IMG/VR virus record: IMGVR_UViG_3300029503_000002
Coordinates: 1 to 40,721 of that record
Origin: a virus
Reading direction: 5' to 3' (one strand)
DNA: 40,721 bases
Part shown: one piece after another, positions 40,567-40,721 of the stretch
How the letters are laid out: each line of letters starts with the position of its first letter
How positions within the stretch are numbered: position 1 is the stretch's first letter
The notes under the pieces: generated by a model
Database searches by the model: none
What the model saw: only the letters and a program-made list of their open reading frames with translations
What the model was told of the DNA's origin: nothing
Made by a program: the position numbers and the translations under genes

Positions 40567-40721
40567 TCCCCCTCTGTTTCCGGGTCTTCGATGCGGTCTA
40601 GGACAATATAACGGCTGCCGCCGTTCTGCCGGAGCATTATCACATTTTCGCCAACCTTCAGGCCGTTGTAAATTTTGATTTTTTTCCTGCCCTGATAGGC
40701 GTGTTTGTGGTGAGAATCAAA
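40557..40721 (-). CDS. C-terminal part of the XkdR-like gene that starts at 369 (junction-spanning; 40623-40721 duplicates 1-99)
   Basis: The frame continues ...LRQN|GGSRYIVLDRIEDPETEGEWI and stops at TGA 40557-40559, overlapping the next ATG. Confidence 0.7.
   Translation of the reverse strand, partial: FDSHHKHAYQGRKKIKIYNGLKVGENVIMLRQNGGSRYIVLDRIEDPETEGEWI
40623..40721. repeat. Terminal overlap copy 2 (identical to 1-99)
   Basis: Same 99-mer as 1-99. It lies inside a coding region, consistent with an assembler k-mer overlap of a circular molecule. Confidence 0.95.

Larger units (their letters stand above)
1..40721. mobile_element. Complete temperate myovirus-like (PBSX-like tail module) phage genome, circularly assembled; unique length 40,622 bp
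   Basis: Full set of lysogeny, replication, packaging, head, contractile tail, baseplate and lysis genes. Identical 99-bp ends. Confidence 0.9.

Overview
The window is a complete temperate phage genome with a contractile tail, assembled as a circle. Bases 1-99 are identical to 40623-40721, so the unique length is 40,622 bp, and the cut falls inside a baseplate gene. Almost all genes are on the minus strand.

Gene order, reading the minus strand across the junction:
- 27102->16601: lytic early and replication genes. These are a cro-like gene, two antirepressor-like genes, small Cys-rich genes, a Sak4-like ATPase, DUF669, an ERCC4 nuclease, a CHC2 zinc finger, a VirE-like helicase and a Lar-like protein. 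A sigma-region-4-like late regulator closes the block.
- 16522->6322: a frameshifted ParB-DNA methyltransferase, TerS, TerL, portal, an SPP1-gp7/Mu-F head protein fused to an ADP-ribosyltransferase domain, scaffold, capsid and connectors.
- 6318->1 and 40721->36236: a PBSX-like tail and baseplate set. It runs sheath, tube, chaperone with a -1 frameshift, tape measure, LysM, XkdQ/R/S/T/U-like proteins, a Gly-rich tail fibre, and XkdW/X-like proteins.
- 36127->32986: lysis cassette with two holin-like genes, an Amidase_3-SPOR endolysin and XhlA.
- 32909->29884: a terminator-bracketed accessory operon of compositionally odd proteins next to attP.

The plus strand carries the lysogeny module at 27292-29634. 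It holds a double-HTH repressor, an ImmA/IrrE-type protease and a tyrosine integrase, followed by an attP that mimics a tRNA 3' end.

GGAGG-type ribosome binding sites, PBSX synteny and the SPOR amidase suggest a Firmicutes (probably Clostridia) host; this is inference. No rRNA gene, complete tRNA gene or CRISPR array was seen.

All family names come from motifs recognised by eye. No database search was possible, so they are hypotheses with the stated confidence.

The best candidate for something undescribed is the 29884-32909 accessory cassette together with its unusual leader at 32249-32483.
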